Below are positions 26,811 to 41,100 of a DNA stretch of 64,000 nucleotides, in pieces. Numbering within the stretch: the stretch's first letter is position 1; each line of letters opens with the position of its first letter. The stretch comes from Phoronis australis (Eukaryota > Animalia > Phoronida), in NCBI GenBank assembly GCA_002633005.1, contig NMRA01000067.1, positions 372,010-436,009 of the forward strand, written 5' to 3'. The notes under the pieces are model-generated. The model saw only the letters and a program-made list of their open reading frames with translations. It was not told the DNA's origin and made no database searches. Both the position numbers and the translations under genes were made by a program.

Positions 26811-29800
26811 GGCATGCAACTATCCACGACAACGATACATGACTTGTATGCCTTTACAAGATTTTATGACATTACTTGTGAATAGAATAACATAGGCATA
26901 CTACGCATCAGTCAAAATTATTAACGTAGGAAAGTACGTTAGCGTTTCAATGAACGCGTGTGTCAGTATTATTTCCATCGTTCTACCCGAGGGCACGAGA
27001 TATGTTACGTCGTCTAAAACACATTGAAGGGCTGAACTGCACCCCATATAAGACTGCACAATGTCAGTGTATTCCGTCCGGTTGCACTAGGCACGACTTT
27101 ACAGAGTGCACGTCAATTACTCAACGGTGTAGACGAAGCCAAAAAGGTATAAGAAAATTTTGCACCCGACTTTTAACTTTACAGACATATGTTTTCATTT
27201 CGCCATTGTGTCCTACGTGAAGCGAATACAAATATTGTTTCAAATTCTAAGCGTCGCTTATAATGATTGGCACCGACACGGCATCAAATCCCCCTTGAGC
27301 TAAATAAAGCCAGTTATTGCAAGATAAAATAATTATCTGTGAAACATATTTCAAACATTGCCATTGTACTTGACTTTGTGAAAGTATCCGCAGGTAATAA
27401 TTTCGATGAACGAGAAGTGTAATTTGGGGGCATGGTGGGCGGCGGTGCGTTTCCTAACTATGCAAGTATGGCTCGAGGTCATACGTGAACGCAACCGAGA
27501 GGCTGTTTGGAACTTCCCGCGTAGGGGTGTTTTCTCACTAGCTAGGACCATTTCATGTCAAGATTCAGATTCGGCCAGGATGCATTCCGTTGACGCAGGA
27601 AGTTGGCGACTAAATATAAGCTGTATGTTCACGTGTTTCGTTTGGAGCGCGTTAGCGATATCTCGCGAAGACTTTGCTTTGTGTCGCTTTTCTCGCAAGA
27701 AACTTTCTCTACTGAACGCAGCTCTGGTCCGGTGGCGTGTGTGAATTGTCGAACTGTCGTACGCAAGAAACGTTGAAATAACCTTGTGCCGTAAATAAAT
27801 TACTAAACGTTGAGGGCTGATGTTAAAACAACGGTATACCCTTCAACTGAAAACTTCTTTTTGCGACTATTTTATACTCATTGTCAAATACAATTGCAAA
27901 ATTTTTTTACAACCACCGGTACGAATTGCCTACTACAGGTAAGGACGTTTCATTGGCGTCGGAGACGGTCGACAATTTGCCGATCATACACCGAGTGGAT
28001 TCATTGGCATTTATGAATTGCGTGACATATGCTAACGTCACCATGTCCATTGAGCAAAAAAATAAAAGACATTATTTTGTAAATATTTTCTCAGAATTTC
28101 TATCTGTTTTTTTAAAGCATGCACAGAATCTACATCACCAAGCGCAACAAAGCACTAACTCGATTTACAACCGTACAACCGTAATCACTCTCATACATGT
28201 ATCGAACAAACATAGCATAACAATACCATGCTGTGGCATACATCCATACTTGCGATAGTTTGTGAAAGAAAAATACATAAGATACAGAGACAAAAAGAAC
28301 TTGATCGATAAAAACAACGTCAGTGCTTGAAAGGCTAATGTAGTCGTGTCTTTTAGTGTTTTGTTCTCGGCCATGTAGCCATTAACATTGACATAATGGC
28401 ACACCTGTGCATGGTTATTACAGATCTACTCAACTCAGTGACCCGCTAGTTTTTGTTCAATCGATGGACCTCTGCCTCTGCTTCTCAGATTTGCAAGATT
28501 GCAGCGACTAGAAATTTAGTGAATGACTTCTAGTTTCTAAAATCCCGTAACATCACATATGGTCAGCCTCGTGACAAATATGAACCCTCGACCTCGGCGG
28601 TCGCTGTTCGCTGCTCTGCTAGTCCAGCAAGTACCCGAGTATTTTAAACGTCACCGGCCTCGATTTCAGATAAATGTTCTGAGTGGCTGGAAGCCAATGT
28701 CGAGAAATGTTGATTTCTATGAGAAATCATAAGAGTCTACGGATTTTGCGGTTTTATAGCTCTGGTCAAAACTGGTGACTTCAAGAAGTCTAGTGTCCTC
28801 AATAATGAAAAAGGGCGTTTTTCGGCCCGGAAGCCGATCGTGTCCCTATAAAAATAAGAAAGATTTAAAACGTTTGTTTTTCACGCACATCATTTCATGT
28901 ACACTAATCAATCAATTGGGACATAAAGATAAAGACACCCTCGATATTATGTTTATCAAAAAATCCCACCGTCAGTGTTCGTCAAACACTGAACAACTGT
29001 TAAGATTAATGTACAACGGTCAAGATTAATGGACAGTGTTTTTGAACTAAATTCTACTTATTGAAACTGATTATAATATTACCTTTTCCACGCAGATGGC
29101 CTCCAAAGCCGGAACGTGGTCGGTCGAAAACATGGCGACCTGTTAAAGAAGCTATAACCGAGTTTTCGGAAAATTAGATACGAACAAAATACCTCAGTTG
29201 AGAAATGACAGACTATGAACAGCATCGGGAATTTTTAGAGCACGGAAGCTTCCCAGGGCCCTTGAAATTTAACACGACCTGGCTATTTTTATCTGACGCT
29301 TTACACATTACTTGTGGTGAAATTTCATTGTGATAGATTATATTGTTTTTGAAAAAAACAAGAAGAAGTTCAGCATATCATTGTCAACAACGTCTGTAAT
29401 AACATAATATTGCTGCTGCTGTGCTGAACGACTTCAGAGTGGCGTCATGCGGTACGCTATTTGTGAAAGAAAATTCAGGTGTGGAACCAGCAACCCAGGA
29501 GCGTGACATGGGCGCTATGAGCCGTTGGTTAGACCGTTGTGTGATGTGCCAATTTTTGTACCCTCGAATCTGAAGTACAGATTTTATAGTCAATTATAGC
29601 TCAATCAAAAACCCTTGGAGGCATTATGTTTACCATTATTTAACATTAATGTTAGATATCCCCTATTTGTCATCACCGAACAGGGACATTGTAATTTTAT
29701 AGGTTTTTGACAAGACTGGTCGTCATAAATTGAGCTTGATAGATGAGTTAGTATTAGCAATACTATTGAAATCTTCTCCACCATAATCACGGTAATAAAT

Positions 29801-31968
29801 CGAGATAAAGCGATACATCAGTCGTTATACCTTGATGTATGTCTGCAGGATAAGAAGGGTCAACATATTTTGATAAAGCGACCAGTCTTGACGATAATAT
29901 TTTACAAGACGACTTTCTGCTGATGTTGCACATACGGCGGAATGGATAGATTTCTATAATTTTGAGTCGTTCTTGTAAGTCCAGGGTTAGAAAGAAAAAC
30001 ATAAAGCAAGTAGTTTTTGCAATTGAAAAGACGGCTTTAGTGGATAGAGATGATGGTACGTATTTGTGACACACGCATAGGTTTTTAGGTTCATAGCGTA
30101 CCACCGTGTCGTCATTTGTAAAAAAACCCAAACAAGATCGAGACCAATCAAAATTCTAAAGCCCATCACCGCACTTAAATCAGATTCCATTTTTAGAACA
30201 ACTCATCAGTTTTTTTCTACATTTCTGTGAAGGAATTATGACAGAGACTTTCATTAGAACTCACCTGTACAATAAATCCTTCCCTGAACTGACGCTCTTC
30301 TATCAAATTACTCTGCCGTTAAACGGAGCCGTCATTAGATCAACAGAGAAATCTCAAAAAAAATTACGCCCGTTAAGAATTTAATTTCGAATAATATCCC
30401 TGGTTTTCGATAGTTCTCTGAGAATGTTGACACAACAGCCCCCCATCGGCACGATGTTATCGGCTTAACAGGTTACTTTCCAAGGATAGCAAGTGGTTTT
30501 CAGGGACTACTCCTGTCAGCTACAACAATGTCAATCTCTTCAGTTAACGAGTCCTCAGCCGATGATGATTGGTTTACGACCGGTCAGTAGGCCTACAGTT
30601 CGCTATCTATCCGGTAAACCCAAGATCTGCGTCGTTGTGACCTAAACTTTAATCCAAAAATAGTATTCTAACAATGCTGGTCCTCAACTCTAACAAGTTT
30701 AGATAAATGATGAGGATTAAATGAGGACATTCCTTGTTCAGGAAAAGTAACCGACCACTTCATCAGCTGAGTGACTGACCTACAGCCAAGTAATGTATAA
30801 AATTACCAATACATGTCCTTTAGGGATAGCACGTTAAAGGCACATTATCGTTTTTATGGAGGAAAATGCGTTTTTGGCATTATTTTTTGATGGGGTAGAC
30901 TTTTTGAAGCTATTAGATTTGGTCAGATCTAAAAAATGATATGTGATTTCATTACAAATCGCAAATTCTAAGCGTGGTCTGCCAGACACTCCCTAAAATC
31001 AAGGCGTATGATTACCAGTTAAATTCGCTTAAACTATTCTGTTTGGCTGAGAATACGAAGCTTACTGGCTCGACGAATCCGCGGGAGGGCTGATTTAGGA
31101 AACTCACTTTTCTCGTCGATAATGTTACTTTTATTTGATGCACTCTAGTTTTCAAAAAAATTACATGTTAGAAGCAGTACTTCAAGTAGTAACAATGTAT
31201 TTTTAGGAAAAATGGGAAAAATGAAGTATGGTGGTACTCCCATAGACGTGCCGCCCAAATGGACGAATTTTTCACGACAAGTTTGACAAGTTTCCCTATG
31301 AAAAGGTGCTTTTCATCTACATGCATTTTCAGATTTAATTCTTTCAAAAGGGTCCATCATGGGAGTTCAGACTCTACGCAAGGTCACTTTTCCAAATACA
31401 GGCCTATATATGAAAAGTGCAGAAGGCCAAAGACATTTAATATTTTCGATTTTTGTGAAACACGGCCACAGGCTGTAAAAGGTGAACTCATTTCGACAGC
31501 ACAACATACCCTCTCTGCATAAGGCTTATGGCACTAAATCCTACAAAATGGTTGTCATTCTAGAACAAAACTGTACGAAGGGATAACTTGCGTGGAAGCG
31601 TCCTACACAAAGGTCCCTTCTATTCGAGTCCATTCATTAATTTTCCAGTTGCACCCCTGTCAAAAATGTAATGGAGTAGGCCAAGTGGGCTCATGTTCGA
31701 TATACGCCCCTTTTTAGGCCTCTGTACCTGTATGTGGGGCAGCGCCTGCATCCGTGTTTAGACGCGACGCCGGGCTACTTTCGATACACTTTCAAGTTAG
31801 AGCAAAAAACAAAGAACACGGCAGTGAGGCTTTACTTAACCTTTAAAAAAACGGTAAATTTTGCCGTGTACTCATTTCAACTTATCTTTTAAGGTTTACT
31901 TAAACTAAAGACAGCCCACAAAGAATGAACAAAATTACACAGATAGCAAACAATGTAAGACAAGCTTT

Positions 31969-32194
31969 TGTACAAGGGATAACCGTCTGCACATGTGCAG
32001 GGGATATCTGCCTTCACTTGTACAAGGGAACCCTTTGCGCATGTACTGGGGATAACAGTCTGCGCGTGTACAGGAAATAACCGTGTGAGCATGTGCAGGA
32101 GGTAACCGTCTGAGCGTGTACACCGGATAGCCGCCTCTACATGTTCAAGGGATAAGCGTCTGCGCCTGTGCAAGGGCGAAGATCATCTGCGCAT
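31969..32194 (+). repeat. Minisatellite, ~25-bp unit x ~9
   Basis: Consensus tgt(a/g)caggggataaccgtctgcgca; explains ORFs 31889-32173 and 31935-32123. Confidence 0.85.
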
Positions 32195-35100
32195 GCGAGT
32201 GAATGATTTAGATGTATGACCCTATATGAAAATGTTTTATCAAAACATTATTTCGAATGTTGGCGCATGAGTCTAAGATGCGGAGCGGTTTCAGGAATAT
32301 GCGTGTTTCGATAAGAAGCTTAAGTATACATGTTCAGTTTATTAAGCATGTTGTTTTAGTTTTTAATCTTACAACTTTTTAGAGTGAGTTCGAAGAGATT
32401 TAACGCTTATTAGGATTGAAAAACATGCAAAAGTCATTTTAGTGATTACTCAGTCCGTGTCGAGTGGCCAGGCAAGAGGTCAGTGAAGTATGTGTTCGCG
32501 TCGTACCAACGTTTGACATTTAGCTCAGTAATGAGTTTCTGAATTAAGAGCCATGAAATGAAAGGATAGCCGTCTAAATGAAAGATGCCACATTCGAAAT
32601 CGGTGCAACGTTTACACTAGTACGAGTATGCAGTTTGGTTGCCGACAAATGCTAACTTCGTTGCCTTGTTTTATGTTGTTCGCGACACTGTCCCCGTCTC
32701 CAGTATGTTTTATTGTGCCATCTTAATAACTTTTCACGTAAATACCACACCTTGAGATAAGTGATAATGATAACCTTAAAATTGGCTTACTTCGCATGTA
32801 TTGTATCATAGAAGGTTGTTCGAATTATGATAATGATGACCATAATCCATGATCATCGTTGATACCATTTGTCTCAGTTCGCTGTGTAGGCCATGTTTTG
32901 AAAAGCCGTTCCTCCGATTTCACTGCGTTATCTAACCGGTTTTATAAACTTCAGCAAACGCAGCATAAACCGGACATGATATGATTTGCTTAGCAAAAGG
33001 TTATTAGTTTAACAACTCGTTGGCAGTCATAATATCCGTCCAGCATTTACTTGAAAGTACTGCGATACCGGACAAACGCCTTGTCCGTGTTAATTCTGAA
33101 TAAATGTCACGTGGTGTGCTAATATACTATCAGAAAGTTTCTATCGATTTCTGAAAATTTCACTTGCCTAATGATAACAGATAAGTCTATTCAGGAGAAA
33201 ATTGTTAAATGGCAGCCTTTCCGTCTTTTATGGCATGAGTGTATGTTTGTTTGTGCTTTACCACGTCGAGTAACTCGTGTGAGGGTGGAACTCCTGGCGA
33301 TCTTTGAATTTAAATGTGCACACGAAGATATATACGAGTTGTTAATATTAAAAATGAAGTACTTCTTCAACTACGTTATTTGAGATTTCAAAGGCTTTTC
33401 TATAAACAAAACAATGTTAGTGTCCTGTTAAAAATGACGCAAGCTCTCCAAATGTTGACAAAAAGGGGGCATTTGAATGAAGAAGCGATTGTTAACAAAC
33501 CTGTACCTGAGTCTTCAAACACGTTATACTCATCGCTTTCAAGAACTGATAACAATTACTGTTACCCAACAACTGTGATTGATGAAGATAAAATACATGA
33601 TGATGAACCCATAAGACTGACTTGTGACACCTTGAAATTTGAACACGATAGATACAGTTCTACTCCTGTTTATACAATAAGATAAACGCAGATTATGCGG
33701 TGTGTGAACACCCAAATCTACTCCATTCGAAGAAACGACCGTTATTCGCATGTCAAAAGCTAATATTCCGTCAAAAAATGAAAAAATATAAACTATGCAA
33801 AAACATACATTCAAGGCTTGGCAGGGTTTATTATTTTTTCCTCCTCTTTTAAAATCTAATTATGAAAGGTTGATAAATTATGGGTTCATAAATTTAAAAT
33901 CTCATTGTTTTTATAATTATTCATCGCATCGCATCATTAGTCCATGATCACTATATTTCACTTGCAGTTATAGTGAAAGGTATTTTACTTTTAATTTATT
34001 TTATTTTAATTTTATTTTTTTCATAAATTGTGGTATTTCTACAATCCAGATACACGAACAATGCTCTCTGCCTGGTCTCTGGGTTTGTTTACTGATATTC
34101 ATTTCAATCCACTTTCACTTCTGAAAGTATAATTAGCATTTTTTGAAAGAAGTAATCAGATTGAGAAGCCAAGCGAGAAGGAAATCATGAATTTGTGAGG
34201 TCATGAGCGCTGGCGTTGTATGCATGACGGTATTTTTAAGTTAGCGTATACGATCCACAACATCCGCGTTAAAACAATTGATATCCGGTGGCATATTTTT
34301 CCGATCAACTAAGTTTTTAAGAGTCACAAGTTATGAAACTTTAAAGAAAGCGAGAATTGTTCAACCGTGCAAGTGTTTTCAGGAGAATATAGTGAAACGT
34401 ATCGCGATCATAAAGTAAGGAAACACTTGATGATTAAGAGAAGAAATTGCCGTTGCCAAATGAACAGATCTGTATGAGAAACGTTATACACAGGCTGAGC
34501 AAAAAACTCATTGGAGAACCCACTATGTTATCGATGAAGGGTGTTCATGGCATGTTTCTGGTGGCAAGACGTTCACGGTAGCTTTAAATTACATGACGGC
34601 GTTTTTTTGGTTATTGTCTTCGGGGGGGGGGGGAGTTGAATACGCTGAACCTACGTAGATCGTCCAATGAGTTGAACGACAACAATGGTCCAAGCAACTA
34701 AGGACACTAAGAAATAATCACTATGAATTAATGTTCTGAAACTGAAGTATATATTCAATAAATCATTGTCGTAGATGTAAACATGATTCACTTGGTTAAA
34801 TTTCCCGAGTTTCACCGTGTGAAGTACATTAACCCCACCAGGTGTCCGCCGTTAGCGAAATTGCTTCCTTCGTACTGACACCAAAAGACATCTTTGGAGC
34901 AAAAAAACTCCAATTAGAGACTTGGTAATCGGGCAGAAAAATCAAGTTTTCATGTTGCACTCGTTTTACGAAAAAAAATAACGTTTTCACTCAAAACATC
35001 AAATTTTAAAGGTCTCGTATTCGACTAGGTTTATTCTTTTAGTGGCACATCTCCATTACTGTGAAATAATTAACACTCCTTTCCAACACCCTTATTCGGA

Positions 35101-38100
35101 AAACGGGATCCTACAAGTTTAAACATTCCCTATTGTTAGTTGAACTGAATATTTGAGTGTAATACATCGATCACGAGTTATTAAGCTTGTCAGTGGCTGT
35201 AAAATTGTAAATGCCAGAAAAGTAAGTATTTGTAAAAAAATAAACTCGTCTGTTTCAACATTCGTCCCTCATGCATTGCATTATTCAATGATGCGCGGAA
35301 GTCGTGTTGTTCGCAACGCGCAAGTTGTATTCTAAACTTTAGCACAGCATTGCAATGGACAGGAATGTGATCAGGCCTAAATACAACTGACTATCTGTGC
35401 AAATATTGAGCTGGAACAAACACGCATGAGGAAAACTATCCAGTCTAAGGCCGCCACTGTAAAGGTGGCGAGCAACGTGATCTGATAAATTTGACAGTGT
35501 ATCTTTTGACAATTTTCTGGAGTGAAATAGACACTTGACGGTATCGCGCACACAAACGACGGAGAATCAACGTAGGCTACCCTGGTCAGGAGGCGTATAC
35601 AACCGCGTTTCAAAGGTTTTGGACAATCTAATATTTTACAAGATAGGCAGAGATACCGCGATCCTTCAGGGCATTCGCACACAAATTGGGTACTCTACGG
35701 CAGAATTATGACCACTGGACCGCATGTCACATTCTCGCTAGTTCGTTCTCCGCATACTCTAATCGAATATTGTACATTGGCCCTAAAACAGTCACCTGTC
35801 CATCTGAGCTTGGTTGTAGTAATGAGTTGGGGGTGAACCGGGAGTATTGATAACTCTGATATAGGTTGTAAGCTCAGAGCAGTGGGGAAATGCTAACTAG
35901 TTCCAACGCACAAAAATAAACCAAAGTCATTACACGGAGGTAATGGGGAAACATTAATAAATTTACTGGCTGCACAATGCCCCATCGATCACATTGACCT
36001 TTTAGACGGGTCACTCTGAACAGACAGCAGAAATATGTTACTCTAATTGAACAGTTAGTCCGGTCTCTCTTCATGTGTTGCTAATACGTGTCCCTGGTTC
36101 ATGAACTGATTGCTCGTTTCGTTTTCTGTATATTTTTTGATTTTATATTGAAGTGTGTGTAAGATCACGTATTCCCGTTACCGGTATCGTATTGCAAAGA
36201 AAATAAATGGTAGCTTAGCCAGTTTATGGTTTATAGTCAAGTTGTTATGCTGAGAACAGGTTGTAAAGATTTAACTTAAAAAATAATCATTGCCATACTA
36301 TTTTCAGGTAGTCTTTACTGTGAATATCAGCATAGAACGATTTTAGATTTTTAACAGTCGAAAAAACGACGCATGCATTAGGTACCTCAAGGATTAAGTT
36401 TTTATTCCCACATTACAGCGGGCATTCAGTTTCGGTAATCTTCATTTTTTTCGTTCTTACCTGTATAGGGCCTGATCCGCCGTGTAGTGACTCTTGTCTA
36501 AGTTGATGAGTTATCAGTGCGCCTAGCTATGTGACCCACACTTCGATCGTCGGTGACACGCGACAAGCAGTTTTTAGTTCCTCGTATTCTTATCCGGTCT
36601 ATGTCCCCATGCACGATCAAGATGACTATCCATCACGACTTCAGTTTAAAAGAGTCCTCTGAAATACGTATGTTTCACGCTCAAAGCACATCGCTTCAGA
36701 TTTATACACCTACACGCAACATATCTCAGTCTCTTTGTGTCATCGCAGATTTCAGTCCTCGGACTTGACAAGTTCTTTATTCGAAGTGCATACACCGGAC
36801 AACGTACATGTAGACATCGTTTTCGCCAATTGACGGTATTCGATCATACCAGGTAAATATTGTCACGATCTCCCGAAGTTTTAGCGTTCTCCGTACAGTT
36901 TTGTTTCGCAGGAACTTTTGAGGCAGTGAAAACAAGTGTGAACTCCTCCCCGCACCTGTCCACCTATCAGTGAGTAATGGTCGTATGGTATGGTACGTCT
37001 TTTGTTGTCTTAGTTTAACGGCCAATATGACGAAGAAAAAACATGTGTGATAAATTCGAATTATATCGTGTTTACAAGCGCTTGTTGTGATTTCAAAAGA
37101 AAAACAAACAAAAAACATACAATTCTGTTTACACTGCTCGCTGAATTGACAATGACCGACCGCCAATGTTGTTCTGGTTTAGAAAATACCATTCAGTCAA
37201 TCGCCTTTGGTATGGCCGCTATGAGATGGTGTATATTTTCATAGTCTTTCCGACGAAGACAATTCTTCCGTTGTTCCTCAAAGCGCTCGCTCGTGTGTCC
37301 GTGAATTTTCTAGCAGAACAACCGTTTCCTTTTGTCCACGTGCAGCGAAGAGTAGGGAATATAATCACGAGCCATGAATCGGCCGATTCCGTAATGCACC
37401 TGCAGAACAAACAACTATTACCTTTCTCATTCAAAATGTGTGTCCTATTCACCCGTGCTTTTGTTTTTCATACGGTCCGACGGAATGTCTTAGACCAGTT
37501 AGCGCCTGCACATAAAATCGACCGCCTGCCTACATCGATGAACCAGTCTTAGTGGGGATGACGTCATACCAGATGGCCAATAAACATGGAACTAGAGACG
37601 AATACCATCCAATCAACGAACAGTACCATGTGAATTTTTAAGGATGATCACTCCCCAAGCTGCGTTACTGTCAAGGTTTGCTTTCCGTATACGCAAAATG
37701 ACAAAAAAAATCGTTCTCACGGTGTTTGCATCTCATTTTGTAAGTGCATTTCAGACCGAGGCCTTCCTTGAAATATCAAGTGATATTGTTATCTATGAGA
37801 TGGTAACGCGGGCATGGCTCGGATACAGACAGGACAATATACATGTAGCTGGCTTGCATTTTCATCATTGCACTGCATGTTGGTATCACTGTAACATTGG
37901 CGCCTGTGCAAGCTGAATTTTGAACGCGAAATCGTTTAAAATAAATGACGAGCTCGCGCTCACGACTTTTAAAACAGACGGACTCAGTAAATTATTTTGT
38001 ACAATGAATACAAATTGGGTAGTATGACGTTTCATTGCTGGAGTCAGTGCCGGAAACTATAGTGTTTGCGAGTCCAGTCAATGTAATCTACTAAGACGAT

Positions 38101-41100
38101 GATAATAGTGAAACTACGTGATAAATTGCACAAAGATTAATCGCTTAGATTTTTAAAACGATTTTATTTACGCGGTGTTGTTGCGACGCCGACAAGTGAA
38201 TCGTGCGTACTGAGTGCGATGTGTGGATTAAATTAATCCGCCATTGGGAGACTCGATCAACTACGAAACTGACAGAGAACTCAGATCTCATCGACATTGT
38301 TCAGATGAATGCATTTCGATGGATACGTTTTAGAATAATTGCGGTCTACATTCAGCCATGCAACACTGACCTATTCTATTGGTGTATGCTTGTGAGGTAA
38401 CAGATCTGAAAAAATCTCGCGCGATTTGAAATTTAATGGTCAGTTTTAATTTATGACTACAGCGCAGTCCGCTTTCTGTGATACCAAATTAACATTGTCG
38501 AGTCTGCAAAAAGTAGTTTAAGCCGGGAGAATCTTGTGAAACTTGGAATTGGTTCAATTTCCCCGACGTCATTGGACGCTGTCCGTGTATTTGCAAGGAG
38601 CTCTAAGGTATTGTTGGCCTCTCAGGTTGTATGGGCAAAGCTCCTTGTCTTGTAGATTGTAATGTGTGTTTGTGAAAATTTGTAAATATTTACGTGTGCC
38701 ATAATAACTGATCGTTGGGCTATTTGTTTAGTAGAATAGAACATGTTAGGCAGGTCTAATTGATTATTTAGCTGGTAGGCGAGTTTTAACACACGGTTTT
38801 CTCAACCACGCAAATCATGTTACGACCTAAGGCAGAAAACTGACGCGACAAAATACTTCTATTAAACGAATACAAACTTATATTAAAACGGCGACAAATA
38901 TGTTAACTACTTGAGCCACCATGCCGTGAAATCCATCTTCGTCATAGGATAGAGTTTCAAAGTACGTGAATGTTTCACAAATATGTGGCCGCGGATTGAC
39001 CTTAAGTTGTTGCATGAAGTAAAAAATAAATCGTTAGATAAACATTGTATCTGAAGGTAAAAAAGAATAACAAAAATTGATTTTAATTCAAGTTTATTGA
39101 TTACCGGAAGTGAGCACATCTACTGCACTATGCAGCGCTAGTAGTTATCATAATTGTCAAAGGTTAGTGGCGTAAAACAATCGTTCGGACGAGTTGTGAT
39201 ATAATAAACCAGAATACTTAAAGAATGAGGAACGGTGATAGGAAAAGTGAAATCCTGCCCCCAAGGTCCAATCGTAGTCACAAGTTTACTTCAGAGGAGG
39301 TCTCGTCCAATGCACTACTAGGGACATTTCATAAATCTCAGCTCTGTTCGAGTTTGCGTTTCATGTATCGAGTCACTAACAGTGGAGTTTTGTATCATTC
39401 AGCGTTCGTAGTTGAACCCAATTTTGTTGGTGGAACTTTTGAAATTAAAAAATGGACTTAAAACCCTATAAAAATTTGCTGATTCTGAAGTAATCTCATG
39501 CGTGATTTAAATGTATATGATTCGCGGTATGACTAAACTGTCTTTCGAATTTGTGTTATAAGTTCCCAACTTAAGTGAAACGGAAAGAGCATCTATTTAT
39601 ATATCAGAGGGTAAAGGTTTGTGCTCTCAACTGTTCTTGGAACTTTCACCCAAACTGGTTCCAGATTTCATTGTGTTTAGATCACAGCAGTGCAGCCTGC
39701 CGTAATACCGTGATCACGTCTCGCTGCCTGGACCTCGGTTTCAATGGGAAATACAGTCACGCTCTCAAGTTCTGACTACCACGGCCCTGCTAGATTGAGT
39801 AGGGTAATGTTCTGCAGACGCGAGAACATCGGGGAAAACTCGAGACTTCGCGACATGCATTGCAATGAAAAGCAAGTGGACACACTAGCTTAATTTACTG
39901 ACAAGATTCTTGCTCCAGGGAACTCAGCCCCGGTAATGACAGAGATACAGTAGAATGGACACATAGTGTAAACTCCCAGCTCATGTTGTAGAAGCTGTCT
40001 TTCCGGAACACTTCTAGAGAGCCCTCTTCTCACATTAGCTCTAACATTGCACATTCGTGCACATAGCACTGCGCCCTTGCTATGCGCCACGCCAATGTAG
40101 TATAGAATACGCGTCTCCTTAGAACCCACGTTTCAGGAATCTGAAAAGTACACCGAACTGAGACAGAAATACTAAGCGCGATCACGTCCACTGCACCGGC
40201 GGGTTAGACGAGTACATCACACTTCTATCGGGAGAAACTTCTAAGTATTCTGTCACCTGCACGAGAACACGTTTCTTATTTTCTATCGGTAACTATGACA
40301 ACGATAACAAATAGTCGGCTACGATTTCTGTGTATTCTGACAAGAAACATGCCGGTTTAATTGTACTCAGGCGAACTTGAGCATTTCGCGGAAAATGTTC
40401 ACGATTCATTAAAATATTAAATTTCAATTATTATCCTCGCACCCTATTTAAATGTGTCTATTTTCATAGAAATTTTCAATAGCAACAACTATCATATTTA
40501 ATCTCATACATGCCACATTGAAAACGGCTCATCCGAGATGACACAAGCGTACCTACTCGTATTCAGTAGCCTCCGTACCAACCATTAATGTAAATAAAAT
40601 TACATTGCTTATGATAATTTCAAAATTTTACGAACCAGAACGGCAGACACTACATTGTATCTCGTGACATTACGCGTTCTGGTATATTGAGCAGTACACA
40701 ATTCTTTAGATTTTTACAAACCGGAAATACCGCCGATGTAATTTAAATTGCAGTGACAATATAAAGAGACATTTATCGGTTTACAGCAGTAAAACAATCG
40801 CTAAACCTCGCCGTTATCAGTCGGATATTTTCGGAAATCAACGCAGGTAACTTTAACGATGGAAAATACTCCGCCTGCATTAATCGTGCGGGACTTAGCT
40901 CCGCCAGCAGAATGTTAGACTGAGACCGCGGGGGTTGCTAGATCAATTCTGCTATGAGTATGATCTCAGAAAATCACTTTTCTCACCAATAGTGACGCTT
41001 AACGAAGCAAGATAAGAAAGCCTAACATGATAACTGAACGGAATAAGATGAAATAAGTCACGAGGTTACATGTACATATTAACTGCAATTAAATAGTGCT

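Noticed and set aside
31969-32194. CRISPR-like or coding repeat
   Set aside because: Head-to-tail 25-bp units with no unique spacers; the overlapping ORFs are by-products.
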